DNA from: Gemmatimonadaceae bacterium
GTDB lineage: Bacteria; Gemmatimonadota; Gemmatimonadetes; Gemmatimonadales; Gemmatimonadaceae
DNA length: 64,000 bases
Reading direction: 5' to 3'
NCBI GenBank assembly: GCA_035525975.1
Contig: DATLDF010000041.1
Coordinates: 1,648-65,647 of the forward strand
The notes below the pieces were generated by a model, which was not told the origin of the DNA, did no database searches, and saw only the letters and a program-made list of their open reading frames with translations. Position 1 is the first letter of the stretch. The number at the start of each line of letters is the position of its first letter. Positions 10,920-19,727 of the stretch are shown here, piece after piece. Both the position numbers and the translations under genes were made by a program.

Positions 10920-12251
10920 ATGACAATGCGCCCTCATCGTCGTTTGGCTGTCTCCTCCCTGCTCGCCGTTGGTGTCCTCGCTCCTGCAGCATGGTTTGGA
11001 GCTCGAACGCTCGATGCGGTTGAAGCAAAGCCTGCTTTGGCATCTGCCCGTGCTTCGTCGTCTTCGGATATCGTACAGCGAGACATCCAGATCAGCACGT
11101 GGAAGAAAGCCCTCGACATGGATCCGCAAAGCGCCATGGCACTTGGTCAACTCGCCGGGCTTTACATGCAACGGGCGAGAGAGACCGGTGACGACCAGAA
11201 CTATGTCGTCGCTGAAGGATATGCCCGCCGATCGGTCGGCCTTCGCACGAACCGAAATGGCGCGACGTTTGTAACGCTCGCCGGTGCACTGCTCGCCCAG
11301 CACAGGTTTGTCGAGGCCGATTCCATCGTCACGGAGCTCGTCGCGAGCGAACCCGACGTCCCGCAGTACAAGTCGATGTACGCGGAGATCAAGCTTGAGC
11401 TGGGGCAATATGAAACGGCGCGCAGTGTCTTCGATTCACTTCATGCCCAGCGCACGCATCTGTCGATCGCACCGCGCCTTGCCAGGTGGCTGGAGCTGAA
11501 CGGCAACCCAGACGGTGCAAGGAAGCTTCTTTACGACGCTCTTTCCGAAGCGGAAAAGCGGCGAGACCTGCCGATCGAGCAAGTTGCGTGGTTCGAGCTG
11601 CGGGTCGGTGACATCGAGATGCGGAACGGCCGGATGAACGGCGCACGCAAGGCGCTCGAGGCCGGTCTCAGGACCTCGCCAGACGACTACCGGCTGCTTT
11701 CGGCGATGGCCAGGCTCGAGGCGGTCGAAGGAAATCCACGTAAGGCCATTGAATTCGGCGAACGCGCCATGGCGATCAAGCTCGATCCGGCGACGCTCGG
11801 CATTATCGGCGACGCATATGCCGCAACCCGCGACAGCGCCAACGCGGAAGAGTATTTCAAGACGATGGAAGTTGCGGTCGCGGGCCAGCCAGGCTCGTAT
11901 CATCGAGCATGGAGTCTGTTCCTGCTCGATCACGACCGGCGCGTTCCTGACGTATTGAAGAATGTGCAGGACGAGCTCGTGAGCAGAAAGGACATTTATG
12001 GCTATGACCTTCTTGCGTGGGCCCTGCACAAGGCCGGTCGCGACGCCGAAGCCGCAAGAGCAATGAAGAGCGCGCTCAAGCTGGGGACGAGGGACGCAAT
12101 GCTCTTCTATCACGCCGGAATGATAGAGCGGTCCCTTGGCAACAAAGCGACGGCCCGGGCGTATCTGGAGAACGCACTGGCGACCAATCCGCACTTCCAT
12201 CCGACGCAGCCGAATGAAATCAGGTCTGTCCTGAAGGGCATGGGGAGCTGA
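10920..12251 (+). CDS. Tetratricopeptide-repeat protein with N-terminal anchor/signal
   Basis: Multiple TPR-like helices (LAWALHKAG, FYHAGMI, ALATNPHF). Confidence 0.75.
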   Translation: MTMRPHRRLAVSSLLAVGVLAPAAWFGARTLDAVEAKPALASARASSSSDIVQRDIQISTWKKALDMDPQSAMALGQLAGLYMQRARETGDDQNYVVAEGYARRSVGLRTNRNGATFVTLAGALLAQHRFVEADSIVTELVASEPDVPQYKSMYAEIKLELGQYETARSVFDSLHAQRTHLSIAPRLARWLELNGNPDGARKLLYDALSEAEKRRDLPIEQVAWFELRVGDIEMRNGRMNGARKALEAGLRTSPDDYRLLSAMARLEAVEGNPRKAIEFGERAMAIKLDPATLGIIGDAYAATRDSANAEEYFKTMEVAVAGQPGSYHRAWSLFLLDHDRRVPDVLKNVQDELVSRKDIYGYDLLAWALHKAGRDAEAARAMKSALKLGTRDAMLFYHAGMIERSLGNKATARAYLENALATNPHFHPTQPNEIRSVLKGMGS

Positions 12252-12856
12252 TGTCCGACTTCATCACTTTCGTCCAGCTGGGTTTCAGGCACATCACCGA
12301 CCCGGAGGCGATGGACCACATCCTGTTTCTGCTCGCACTTGCCGCGATCTATCGTCCACGCGACTGGAGAAATGCGATGTGGGTAGTGACGGCGTTCACG
12401 ATAGGCCACTCGGTAACGCTCGCGTTAGCTGTCACAGGCGCGATTCGCCTTCCGACGCAATTGATCGAGTTCCTGATTCCCGTGACGATCGTTGCGACTT
12501 GCATCGAGAACATGATCGTGCACAATCGGGAGCGGGCGATCTGGGGCGGAAAATATCGTCCCCTGTTCGCCGGAGTATTTGGATTGGTTCACGGCGCCGG
12601 CTTCGCGAACTATCTGCGCGACCTGTTTGGCGATCACATCGCCGTCCCGCTCGTGGGCTTCAACATCGGCATTGAGATCGGACAGGTCGCGGTCCTGGCC
12701 ATTGCCGCCATTGCTCTTCTGTCTGCCGACAAGGCGATAGCGAAGCTTCGCGAATCGTTGCGGCCAGAGAGTGTGCTGCGGCTGAGAATAGTCGCCGTTT
12801 CTCTTATCGTGATGGTTGTCGCCACACGTTGGGCGATCGAGCGAAATCCGTGGTGA
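12251..12856 (+). CDS. HupE/UreJ-family membrane protein
   Basis: GFRHI..DHILFL, AFTIGHS, FGLVHG, FNIGIEIGQ. Confidence 0.85.
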   Translation: MSDFITFVQLGFRHITDPEAMDHILFLLALAAIYRPRDWRNAMWVVTAFTIGHSVTLALAVTGAIRLPTQLIEFLIPVTIVATCIENMIVHNRERAIWGGKYRPLFAGVFGLVHGAGFANYLRDLFGDHIAVPLVGFNIGIEIGQVAVLAIAAIALLSADKAIAKLRESLRPESVLRLRIVAVSLIVMVVATRWAIERNPW

Positions 12857-13365
12857 AAAAAATGCCGTTGGCTGCGGTGATCTTTGCGCTGCTGCTTTCT
12901 CCCGCGATCATGCGCAGCGAGCGAGCGGAAGCTCATCCGCTCCATACAAGTCTTGCCGAGCTCACTTATGATGCGAAGACAGGGGCGGTCCAGGTCTCGC
13001 TGCGGGTCTTTGTCGATGACTTCACACGGGCCTCGGTGGCCTTTCAGCAGAAGCAGCGTGCCATTCGTACGGCATCGGCAGGGCCGGCGCCGTCGCCTCT
13101 CGTCGCGTATGCGCTTGCTTCCTTCGTGCTCGCCGACTCTCGCGGTCGACGCGTCGCATTCACGACATGTGGTGGAAAGCGCGTCGGTGACCTGATGTGG
13201 CTTTGCTTCCGCGGGCAAGCCGCCAGTGGTGAGAAGCTGCGCGTGCTTAGTCAGGTGCTGTTCGACAACTTCAAGGATCAGATCAACATCGTGCAGGCGA
13301 CAGCTAACGGCCGACGTTCAAATCTGCTCTTCACTCCCGGCGAGCAAGCAAAGCCGATTCGCTGA
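12853..13365 (+). CDS. DUF6702-like secreted protein
   Basis: Signal peptide then AHPLHTS, RVFVDDF, DQINIV; GTGA overlap with HupE/UreJ gene. Confidence 0.65.
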   Translation: MKKMPLAAVIFALLLSPAIMRSERAEAHPLHTSLAELTYDAKTGAVQVSLRVFVDDFTRASVAFQQKQRAIRTASAGPAPSPLVAYALASFVLADSRGRRVAFTTCGGKRVGDLMWLCFRGQAASGEKLRVLSQVLFDNFKDQINIVQATANGRRSNLLFTPGEQAKPIR

Positions 13366-13370
13366 GCAGG

Positions 13371-14360
13371 TCAGCGGTAGCCCAGCGTTAGCCCCCAGGG
13401 CCGGTTCCCGACCTTGATTGTCGCGATCACTTTGCGGGAGGCGATGTCAATCACGGAAACATCGTTTGAAAGTCCATTGGCTGTGTAGAGCGTCCTGCCG
13501 TCGCGGCTCAGAGCTATCCCCCACGGACGCCTGCCAACCGGGACGCTTGCCGCCACCTCGTTGCGGGTGAGATTTACGAAGGAGACGCTGCTGGTTCGTC
13601 CGTTGGCCGCGTAGAGCCACTTTCCGTCGCGGGACACAACGATGCCAACTGGCTTCCCTTCACCGTGCTCCAGTGAAATAGTCTGGATCGGCTGATTCGT
13701 TGCCGTGCTGACGACGGTTATGGAGCCACCGACTTCCGCCGAGATATAAGCGCGTTTGCCATCGGGCGAAAACGCTGCCGCCCTCGGGCGGACGTCGACG
13801 AGAAAAGTCGAAACGGCTTTGTTCGTGCGCGTGTCGATGACTGACACAGTGTTGCTCGTCTCCGCGGTGATGTAGACCCAGCGCCCGTTCGGGCTGATCG
13901 CCACTCCTTCGGGCTCGATGCCAACCACAGTAGACGCGACAACCTTTCCACTTCTCAGATTGATTGCCGAGGCGATGCCGGCGTCTTCATTTGAAGCATA
14001 TAATGTTTTGCCGTCCGGGGTTACGGCGAACTGTTCCGGATCACTGCCAGATGAGTAGCGGGCAATCAGCTTCCCTGTGGTGACATCGATCACTGCGATC
14101 CTGTCACCCGAGCTCTCCTTCATTGGTACGTCGTCGCTCAGCGCCACGTAGACTCGGGTTCCGTCAGGGCTGACGTGAATGCCGCGCGCGCGAAAACCGA
14201 CATCGATCGTCCTGACTATGGACCTCGTCCTCGTGTCAACGACGCTAATCGAGTGCGACGCCTCATTGCTGACGTAGAGAAGCTCACGTCGCTGCGACTC
14301 TGCAGTCCTGCCGAAAATTGACGCGACGGCCAGCATTACGATGGCAAGCTGGCGCGTCAT
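13371..14360 (-). CDS. YVTN beta-propeller protein, PQQ-dependent-catabolism associated type
   Basis: YVSNE, SGSDPEQF, VGIEPEG, YITAET, VGRRPWG, NGLSNDVSVID. Confidence 0.85.
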   Translation of the reverse strand: MTRQLAIVMLAVASIFGRTAESQRRELLYVSNEASHSISVVDTRTRSIVRTIDVGFRARGIHVSPDGTRVYVALSDDVPMKESSGDRIAVIDVTTGKLIARYSSGSDPEQFAVTPDGKTLYASNEDAGIASAINLRSGKVVASTVVGIEPEGVAISPNGRWVYITAETSNTVSVIDTRTNKAVSTFLVDVRPRAAAFSPDGKRAYISAEVGGSITVVSTATNQPIQTISLEHGEGKPVGIVVSRDGKWLYAANGRTSSVSFVNLTRNEVAASVPVGRRPWGIALSRDGRTLYTANGLSNDVSVIDIASRKVIATIKVGNRPWGLTLGYR

Positions 14361-15313
14361 CTATCCGCCACCCTGCAGAGCCCGGCTGAATCCGCGTCTC
14401 CAAGCTCATCGAGGATTTTCCGCGCAGGGCGCGGGGACCGCGCCACGTCAGGGACGTCACGCACAGTCGATACGCCCGAGCCGGAGGTCGTTACGCAGTA
14501 AAGTGGTTGCCTGAGTTGATGATCCCACGCTCGGAAACTGAGAGGCGCACCCTTATGTCCGTCGAATTGCGTCGTCTCGCGATTCATGTAGGTGGCGAGA
14601 GTGTCACCATCATTCGCTCCGACTCGAAGAAACGACTCAGCGGCGGCCTTGACGGCCATCCATCCGGCCCACGAATACCCCGTCATGGCGCGATGAGCAC
14701 TCGCGCCGAACCGATCGTTGAGTTGAGAGGCCCCGTATCGTTCGAGGGACGGATGCCATGACACGACAACGCAATCCTGCGGAGGGCCAGGGCTGGTCTG
14801 CTCGGCAGCGAGCCTGCCGGCAGACGCGTACATGGCGGCGCTCGGCTCGACGTGAAGCAGGAATCTCGAGCAGTTAGATCGTCTCAGGGCGTCTGAGCGC
14901 GAGATCACGTTCATGAACACTGCGCCGAGCATCGTACAAACATCGGCGATTCGACGACACTCGTCCTCGTTGCCCCCGCCGATGAGAACTGTCGCGTGGT
15001 CGTCGCGAATGAGACTCGCCGCCGTGAGCGAGGCGTTTGATGCGGAGGAAAAGAATCTCTTTGTGAGTGTGACACCCTTCTGAAACAACGCGGCGGAGCG
15101 GCCCGTTTCCTCGACGCCGAGTTGAATGCCAGCGAGAGCGTCAGCGGACGCACCGGTTTCGGCCTCTGGAAGAATGAGTCCAATTGTGAGGCTCGGGCCG
15201 GCGATAGTGCGGGCTCGAACAATACGCGGAGAGAACGCAACGGCAGCCGCATAGGATGCCGTCCGCAGGAATGCGCGCCGGTCGGGCAGCGGTTTCCGCT
15301 CGCCATCAGTCAT
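14357..15313 (-). CDS. ABC-type substrate-binding protein of PQQ alcohol dehydrogenase systems (Tat signal)
   Basis: DRRAFL twin-Arg; WHPSLERYGASQLNDRF, FDGHKGAPLSFRAWDHQLRQP. Confidence 0.8.
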   Translation of the reverse strand: MTDGERKPLPDRRAFLRTASYAAAVAFSPRIVRARTIAGPSLTIGLILPEAETGASADALAGIQLGVEETGRSAALFQKGVTLTKRFFSSASNASLTAASLIRDDHATVLIGGGNEDECRRIADVCTMLGAVFMNVISRSDALRRSNCSRFLLHVEPSAAMYASAGRLAAEQTSPGPPQDCVVVSWHPSLERYGASQLNDRFGASAHRAMTGYSWAGWMAVKAAAESFLRVGANDGDTLATYMNRETTQFDGHKGAPLSFRAWDHQLRQPLYCVTTSGSGVSTVRDVPDVARSPRPARKILDELGDADSAGLCRVADR

Positions 15314-15367
15314 GACGGATCAATTCGCAAACCACGCGCCGCCGCATCGATCGTCGACGAGCGACAC

Positions 15368-15383
15368 TGGAACGCAATCTGCA
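15368..15383 (+). promoter_or_regulatory. Putative sigma-54 promoter of the xoxF-cox operon
   Basis: TGGAACGCAATCTGCA = GG-N10-GC, ~36 bp upstream of ATG 15419. Confidence 0.55.
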
Positions 15384-15418
15384 TTTGGGCAACAAAAGTT
15401 TCACCACGGGATGAACCC

Positions 15419-17296
15419 ATGCGACTGGTCGAAAAGCGAAAAGTCAGATTACAGGCGCGATCGGTCGCGGCGTGTGCTGGCTCACTGCTGTTCGTCCTGA
15501 TCGCTTGCGGTCCCGCCGAGAAGACAAGCACTCCGCCTCGCGGAACGCCCTCGACACTCGCTCCTGCTGGAGCATCAGGCGGGGCAGCCGGCGCCGATGC
15601 CTCCGGGGATGACGGGCAGTGGACGATGCCCGCTAAGAACTACTCGAGCACCCGGTACTCGGCACTAGATCAGATAAACGCGCAAAACGTCTCGCAGCTG
15701 AAGCTGGCGTTTTCGTTCAACACCGGCATCCCGCGCGGACACGAAGCGGCGCCCCTTGTAGTGAACAACACGATGTATATCGTGACCCCGTTTCCCAACT
15801 ACGTGTACGCGCTCGATCTGACTCAGCCAGGCGCACCACAGAAGTGGGCGTACAAACCCAGGGTCGAGCAGGCCGCACAGGGGGTAGCGTGCTGCGATGT
15901 CGTCAATCGTGGCCTCGCGTATGACAACGGCCGGATCTTCCTCAACACGCTCGACAACCATTCAATCGCCCTCGACGCCAACACCGGACAGGAGATCTGG
16001 AACACCAAGCTCGGCGAGATAAACGTGGGTGAGACGATTACGATGGCACCGCTTGTCGTAAAAGGAAAAGTCCTCGTCGGCAACAGCGGAGGTGAGATGG
16101 GCGTGCGCGGCAAGATCACTGCGCTCGACGCAGGCTCGGGTAAAATCGTGTGGCAGGCTTACAACACCGGCCCCGACAAGGACGTGTTGATCGGTGCCTC
16201 GTTCAAGCCGTATTACGCATCTGACAAGGGGAAAGACCTTGGCGTCAGGACGTGGCCAAGTGATGCATGGAAAGTCGGCGGAGCTACGGTGTGGGGATGG
16301 CTATCGTACGACCCCGAATTGAACCTCGTCTATTACGGCACGGGGAATCCCGGGCCCTGGAATCCCGACCAGCGACCCGGCGACAACAAGTGGTCAGCAG
16401 GAGTGTTCGCCAGAGACGCTGACACAGGCGAAGCGAAGTGGTTCTACCAGATGAGCCCGCACGACCTCTTTGATTATGACGCGATCAACGAAAGCGTGCT
16501 CATCGACATGCCGGTAGGCGGCGTGAAGCGAAAAGTTCTCTTGAGAGCGGAGCGCAACGGTTACGTCTACGTAATGGACAGAGCGACAGGCCAGGTACTG
16601 TCCGCAACTCCTTTTGGATTCATCAATTCTACCAAGGGCATCGATCTTAAATCGGGTCGGCCGATCGAGAACACGGAGAAGACTCCGCACGTTGGCATAG
16701 TCGCGAGAGACATCTGCCCGTCGTCATCGGGTACCAAGGACTTTCAGCCCACGGCATTCTCTCCGCGAACCGGTTTGCTGTACATCCCGCACAACAACCT
16801 CTGCATGGACTACGAGGGAGTTGAAGCCAACTACATAGCTGGAACTCCGTACGTCGGAGCGAACGTGAAAATGTACGCGGGGCCTGGTGGACATCGCGGC
16901 CAGTTCACTGCGTGGGATCCGGTGGCGCAAAAGGCGGTGTGGACAGTGAACGAGATATTTCCCGTCTGGGGCGGCGCCCTGGTGACCGGCAGCAACATCG
17001 TCTTTTACGGGACCATGGACGGCTGGTTCAAGGCTCTCGATGCCCGGAGTGGTAAAGAGCTCTGGAAGCAGAAGCTCGGCTCCGGAATTATCAGCCCGCC
17101 AATCACCTATCGCGGTCCTGACGGAAAACAGTATCTCGCAATCTTTGACGGTGTCGGTGGCTGGGCGGGGGCGATTGTCGTCGGCGATATGGACCCGCGC
17201 GACTCCACTGGGGCCCTCGGTTTCGCAAACGCGATGAAAGACCTGCCGAAGTACACAACCAAGGGAGGAACACTTTACGTGTTCACGCTGCCATGA
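15419..17296 (+). CDS. xoxF: PQQ-dependent methanol/ethanol dehydrogenase, lanthanide-type (XoxF-like), lipoprotein signal
   Basis: RGHEAAP, VACCDVVNRG vicinal Cys, GNSGGEMGVRG, GTGNPGPWN, PHDLFDYDAINE (D-x-D lanthanide motif); lipobox LIAC. Confidence 0.85.
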   Translation: MRLVEKRKVRLQARSVAACAGSLLFVLIACGPAEKTSTPPRGTPSTLAPAGASGGAAGADASGDDGQWTMPAKNYSSTRYSALDQINAQNVSQLKLAFSFNTGIPRGHEAAPLVVNNTMYIVTPFPNYVYALDLTQPGAPQKWAYKPRVEQAAQGVACCDVVNRGLAYDNGRIFLNTLDNHSIALDANTGQEIWNTKLGEINVGETITMAPLVVKGKVLVGNSGGEMGVRGKITALDAGSGKIVWQAYNTGPDKDVLIGASFKPYYASDKGKDLGVRTWPSDAWKVGGATVWGWLSYDPELNLVYYGTGNPGPWNPDQRPGDNKWSAGVFARDADTGEAKWFYQMSPHDLFDYDAINESVLIDMPVGGVKRKVLLRAERNGYVYVMDRATGQVLSATPFGFINSTKGIDLKSGRPIENTEKTPHVGIVARDICPSSSGTKDFQPTAFSPRTGLLYIPHNNLCMDYEGVEANYIAGTPYVGANVKMYAGPGGHRGQFTAWDPVAQKAVWTVNEIFPVWGGALVTGSNIVFYGTMDGWFKALDARSGKELWKQKLGSGIISPPITYRGPDGKQYLAIFDGVGGWAGAIVVGDMDPRDSTGALGFANAMKDLPKYTTKGGTLYVFTLP

Positions 17297-18129
17297 GGGT
17301 ACGTCGCGCCGCTCTCCTTGCCAGCTGTCTCCTCGTGTCGGCCCTCCTGTACGGCTGCGCAATGGCAGAGGCATCGCAGCGGAAGCTCCGGGTCTGCGCA
17401 GATCCGAACAACATGCCCTTCAGCAATTCGCGCCAGGAAGGTTTCGAGAACCGCATTGCCAGCCTGATCGCGCGAGACATGAGCGCGAAAGTGGAGTACA
17501 CCTGGTTTGCGCAGCGCCGCGGCTTCATCCGAAATACTCTCAACACGTCGGTTTGCGACCTGGTAATGGGAGTACCGGCGAGTTTCGATCTCACCCTCGT
17601 GTCCGAGCCGTACTACAGGTCATCGTACGTCTTCGTGACGCGACACGATCGCCGACTCGCGATAAAATCGTTCGACGATCCGTCTCTCAGAAGTCTTCGT
17701 ATCGGCGTTCAGCTTGTCGGTGACGACGGCGCGAACACGCCTCCCGTCCACGCGCTCGACAAGCGAGGCATTCGAGGGAACCTTAAAGGCTACATGGTCT
17801 ATGGCGATTACCTGGACGCGAATCCGGGTGCGGCAATCGTCCAGGCTGTAGCGAAGGGAGAGGTGGATGTGGCCGTCGTCTGGGGTCCGATTGCGGGCTA
17901 CTTCGCGCGGGGCCAACCAGTGAAACTGGATGTCGTCCCGGTGTCGCCGCAGGTCGACCTCCCCTTCATGCCCTTCGTATTCGACATCGCTCTCGGAGTC
18001 CGTCGCCAGGACAAAATTTTCCGCGATGAGCTCGACACAATCCTCAGGCGCGAGCGACCAGCGATCTCGGCAATTCTCAATGAGTACGGCATCCCTCGGG
18101 TAGGGACCTCCACTCGACCCACGGCATGA
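17293..18129 (+). CDS. xoxJ: XoxJ/MxaJ-like substrate-binding protein
   Basis: LRVCADPNNMPFSN, GFENRIA, RRGFIRNTL, PYYRSSY, WGPIAGY. Confidence 0.88.
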   Translation: MRVRRAALLASCLLVSALLYGCAMAEASQRKLRVCADPNNMPFSNSRQEGFENRIASLIARDMSAKVEYTWFAQRRGFIRNTLNTSVCDLVMGVPASFDLTLVSEPYYRSSYVFVTRHDRRLAIKSFDDPSLRSLRIGVQLVGDDGANTPPVHALDKRGIRGNLKGYMVYGDYLDANPGAAIVQAVAKGEVDVAVVWGPIAGYFARGQPVKLDVVPVSPQVDLPFMPFVFDIALGVRRQDKIFRDELDTILRRERPAISAILNEYGIPRVGTSTRPTA

Positions 18130-18136
18130 GGTCCCC

Positions 18137-18682
18137 ATGAAACGAACATTCATATCGTGGTTCGGACTTGCATCGCTAATCCTCCTTGCGGGATGTCGAA
18201 GAGAGGAGCGTCGATTTCGCGAAATGCCCCCAGGGGCCACGGCCACAAATGTGGCCGCAGCGACGAACCTGCAGCCCGGCCCGTCTTACCAGGTCACTCA
18301 AACTCACGGGCCGTACGACTACAACGCCTACGCGATCTCCGAGGGCAAAGCGCTCTACAACCAGTTCAACTGTGTCGGTTGCCACTCGAATGGCGGAGGC
18401 GGAATGGGTCCGCCGCTCATGGATGACAAGTGGATCTACGGAAGCGATCCGTCGAGTGTCTTCGCTTCCATCGTCGAAGGACGCCCGAATGGAATGCCGT
18501 CGTGGAGAGGGCGCATTCCCAACTACGAAGTATGGCGACTCGTTGCTTACGTAAGATCCATGAGCGGTCAGGCGTCCAAAGACGCAGCGAGTGGTCGCGA
18601 CGACCATCTGTTCGGCCGGGAATCGGAACAACGACTGACAGAGTTGAAGCCACGGCAGGCTTCTACACCTCCTTCCAGATAG
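18137..18682 (+). CDS. xoxG: XoxG-like c-type cytochrome (lipoprotein)
   Basis: CVGCH, GGGGMGPPL, WIYG, GRPNGMP; lipobox LAGC. Confidence 0.8.
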   Translation: MKRTFISWFGLASLILLAGCRREERRFREMPPGATATNVAAATNLQPGPSYQVTQTHGPYDYNAYAISEGKALYNQFNCVGCHSNGGGGMGPPLMDDKWIYGSDPSSVFASIVEGRPNGMPSWRGRIPNYEVWRLVAYVRSMSGQASKDAASGRDDHLFGRESEQRLTELKPRQASTPPSR

Positions 18683-18686
18683 CACG

Positions 18687-19727
18687 TTGAGAAGTCGCCT
18701 CGATTTCCACTGGCTGAATTCTTCGAAAGTGGCGCAATTGCAGGTCGTCGCTGTGTGCTCCGTTGCAGGCGCATGCGGCGGCAACGAGTCGGCGTTTCAC
18801 CCTGCAGGGCCTCAGGCCGGACGGATCAGCTCTCTCTGGTGGTTCATGCTGATCGTCTCGGCGGCCGTGTGGCTTTTGGTGATGACAGCGCTGGCATACT
18901 CGCTCCGCAAAAACCACAACCGGACGATACACGGCCACGACGAGGAAGCCAGCCAGCGAAAGATGAAACGCGCTGTTGGCGCGGCGACGGCGCTGACAGT
19001 CCTGATTCTCGTGGTGACTCTCGTCTACGATGTCGCCACCGGCAGCGCAATGGCCGCATTGCCGAATAAAGACGCCCTGCGAATCAACGTCGTGGGCAAG
19101 CAATGGTGGTGGCAGGTGACTTATGAAGATCCCACTCCATCAAATCAGGTGGTTACCGCAAACGAGATACACGTTCCTGTTGGTGAGCCCGTCCAGATAA
19201 TCGGCACTTCGCACGATGTGATTCACAGCTTCTGGGCGCCGAACCTGTTCGGGAAGAAGGACCTGATTCCCGGACACACAACCGCGACATGGTTCCAGGC
19301 AGATACACCCGGAGTTTATCGCGGCCAGTGTGCAGAGTTCTGCGGACACCAGCACGCGAAGATGGCGATTCTCATCGTCGCCGAGCCCCGTGCGAAGTTC
19401 GAAGACTGGTACAGGGCTCAGCTCCTGCCGGCAGCGCCTCCATCCGGCTCGAGTGGGAAGAAAGGCGAACAGGTCTTCATGAGTCGCGGCTGTCCTCTCT
19501 GCCACACAGTTGGAGGAACGCGCGCGCGAGGCACGATTGGACCCAACCTCACGCACATCGGCAGCGCGTTGACGCTTGCCGCCGGCTCTCTCAGGAACAC
19601 GCGCGGCAATCTCGCTGGATGGATTCTCGATCCTCAGCAGATCAAACCCGGCGTGCGCATGCCGCCCAATGATCTGTCAGGTCCGGAGCTCCAGGCGATT
19701 CTCGCCTATCTGGAGAACCTGAAATGA
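18687..19727 (+). CDS. coxB: Cytochrome c oxidase subunit II with C-terminal cytochrome c (caa3 type); start uncertain
   Basis: GKQWWW, DVIHSFW, CAEFCGHQHAKM CuA site, CPLCH heme motif. Confidence 0.9.
   Translation: MRSRLDFHWLNSSKVAQLQVVAVCSVAGACGGNESAFHPAGPQAGRISSLWWFMLIVSAAVWLLVMTALAYSLRKNHNRTIHGHDEEASQRKMKRAVGAATALTVLILVVTLVYDVATGSAMAALPNKDALRINVVGKQWWWQVTYEDPTPSNQVVTANEIHVPVGEPVQIIGTSHDVIHSFWAPNLFGKKDLIPGHTTATWFQADTPGVYRGQCAEFCGHQHAKMAILIVAEPRAKFEDWYRAQLLPAAPPSGSSGKKGEQVFMSRGCPLCHTVGGTRARGTIGPNLTHIGSALTLAAGSLRNTRGNLAGWILDPQQIKPGVRMPPNDLSGPELQAILAYLENLK

Noticed and set aside
15122-15418. Long N-terminal extension of XoxF in the ORF track
   Set aside because: Overlaps the divergent SBP gene and the promoter; the signal peptide fits a start at 15419
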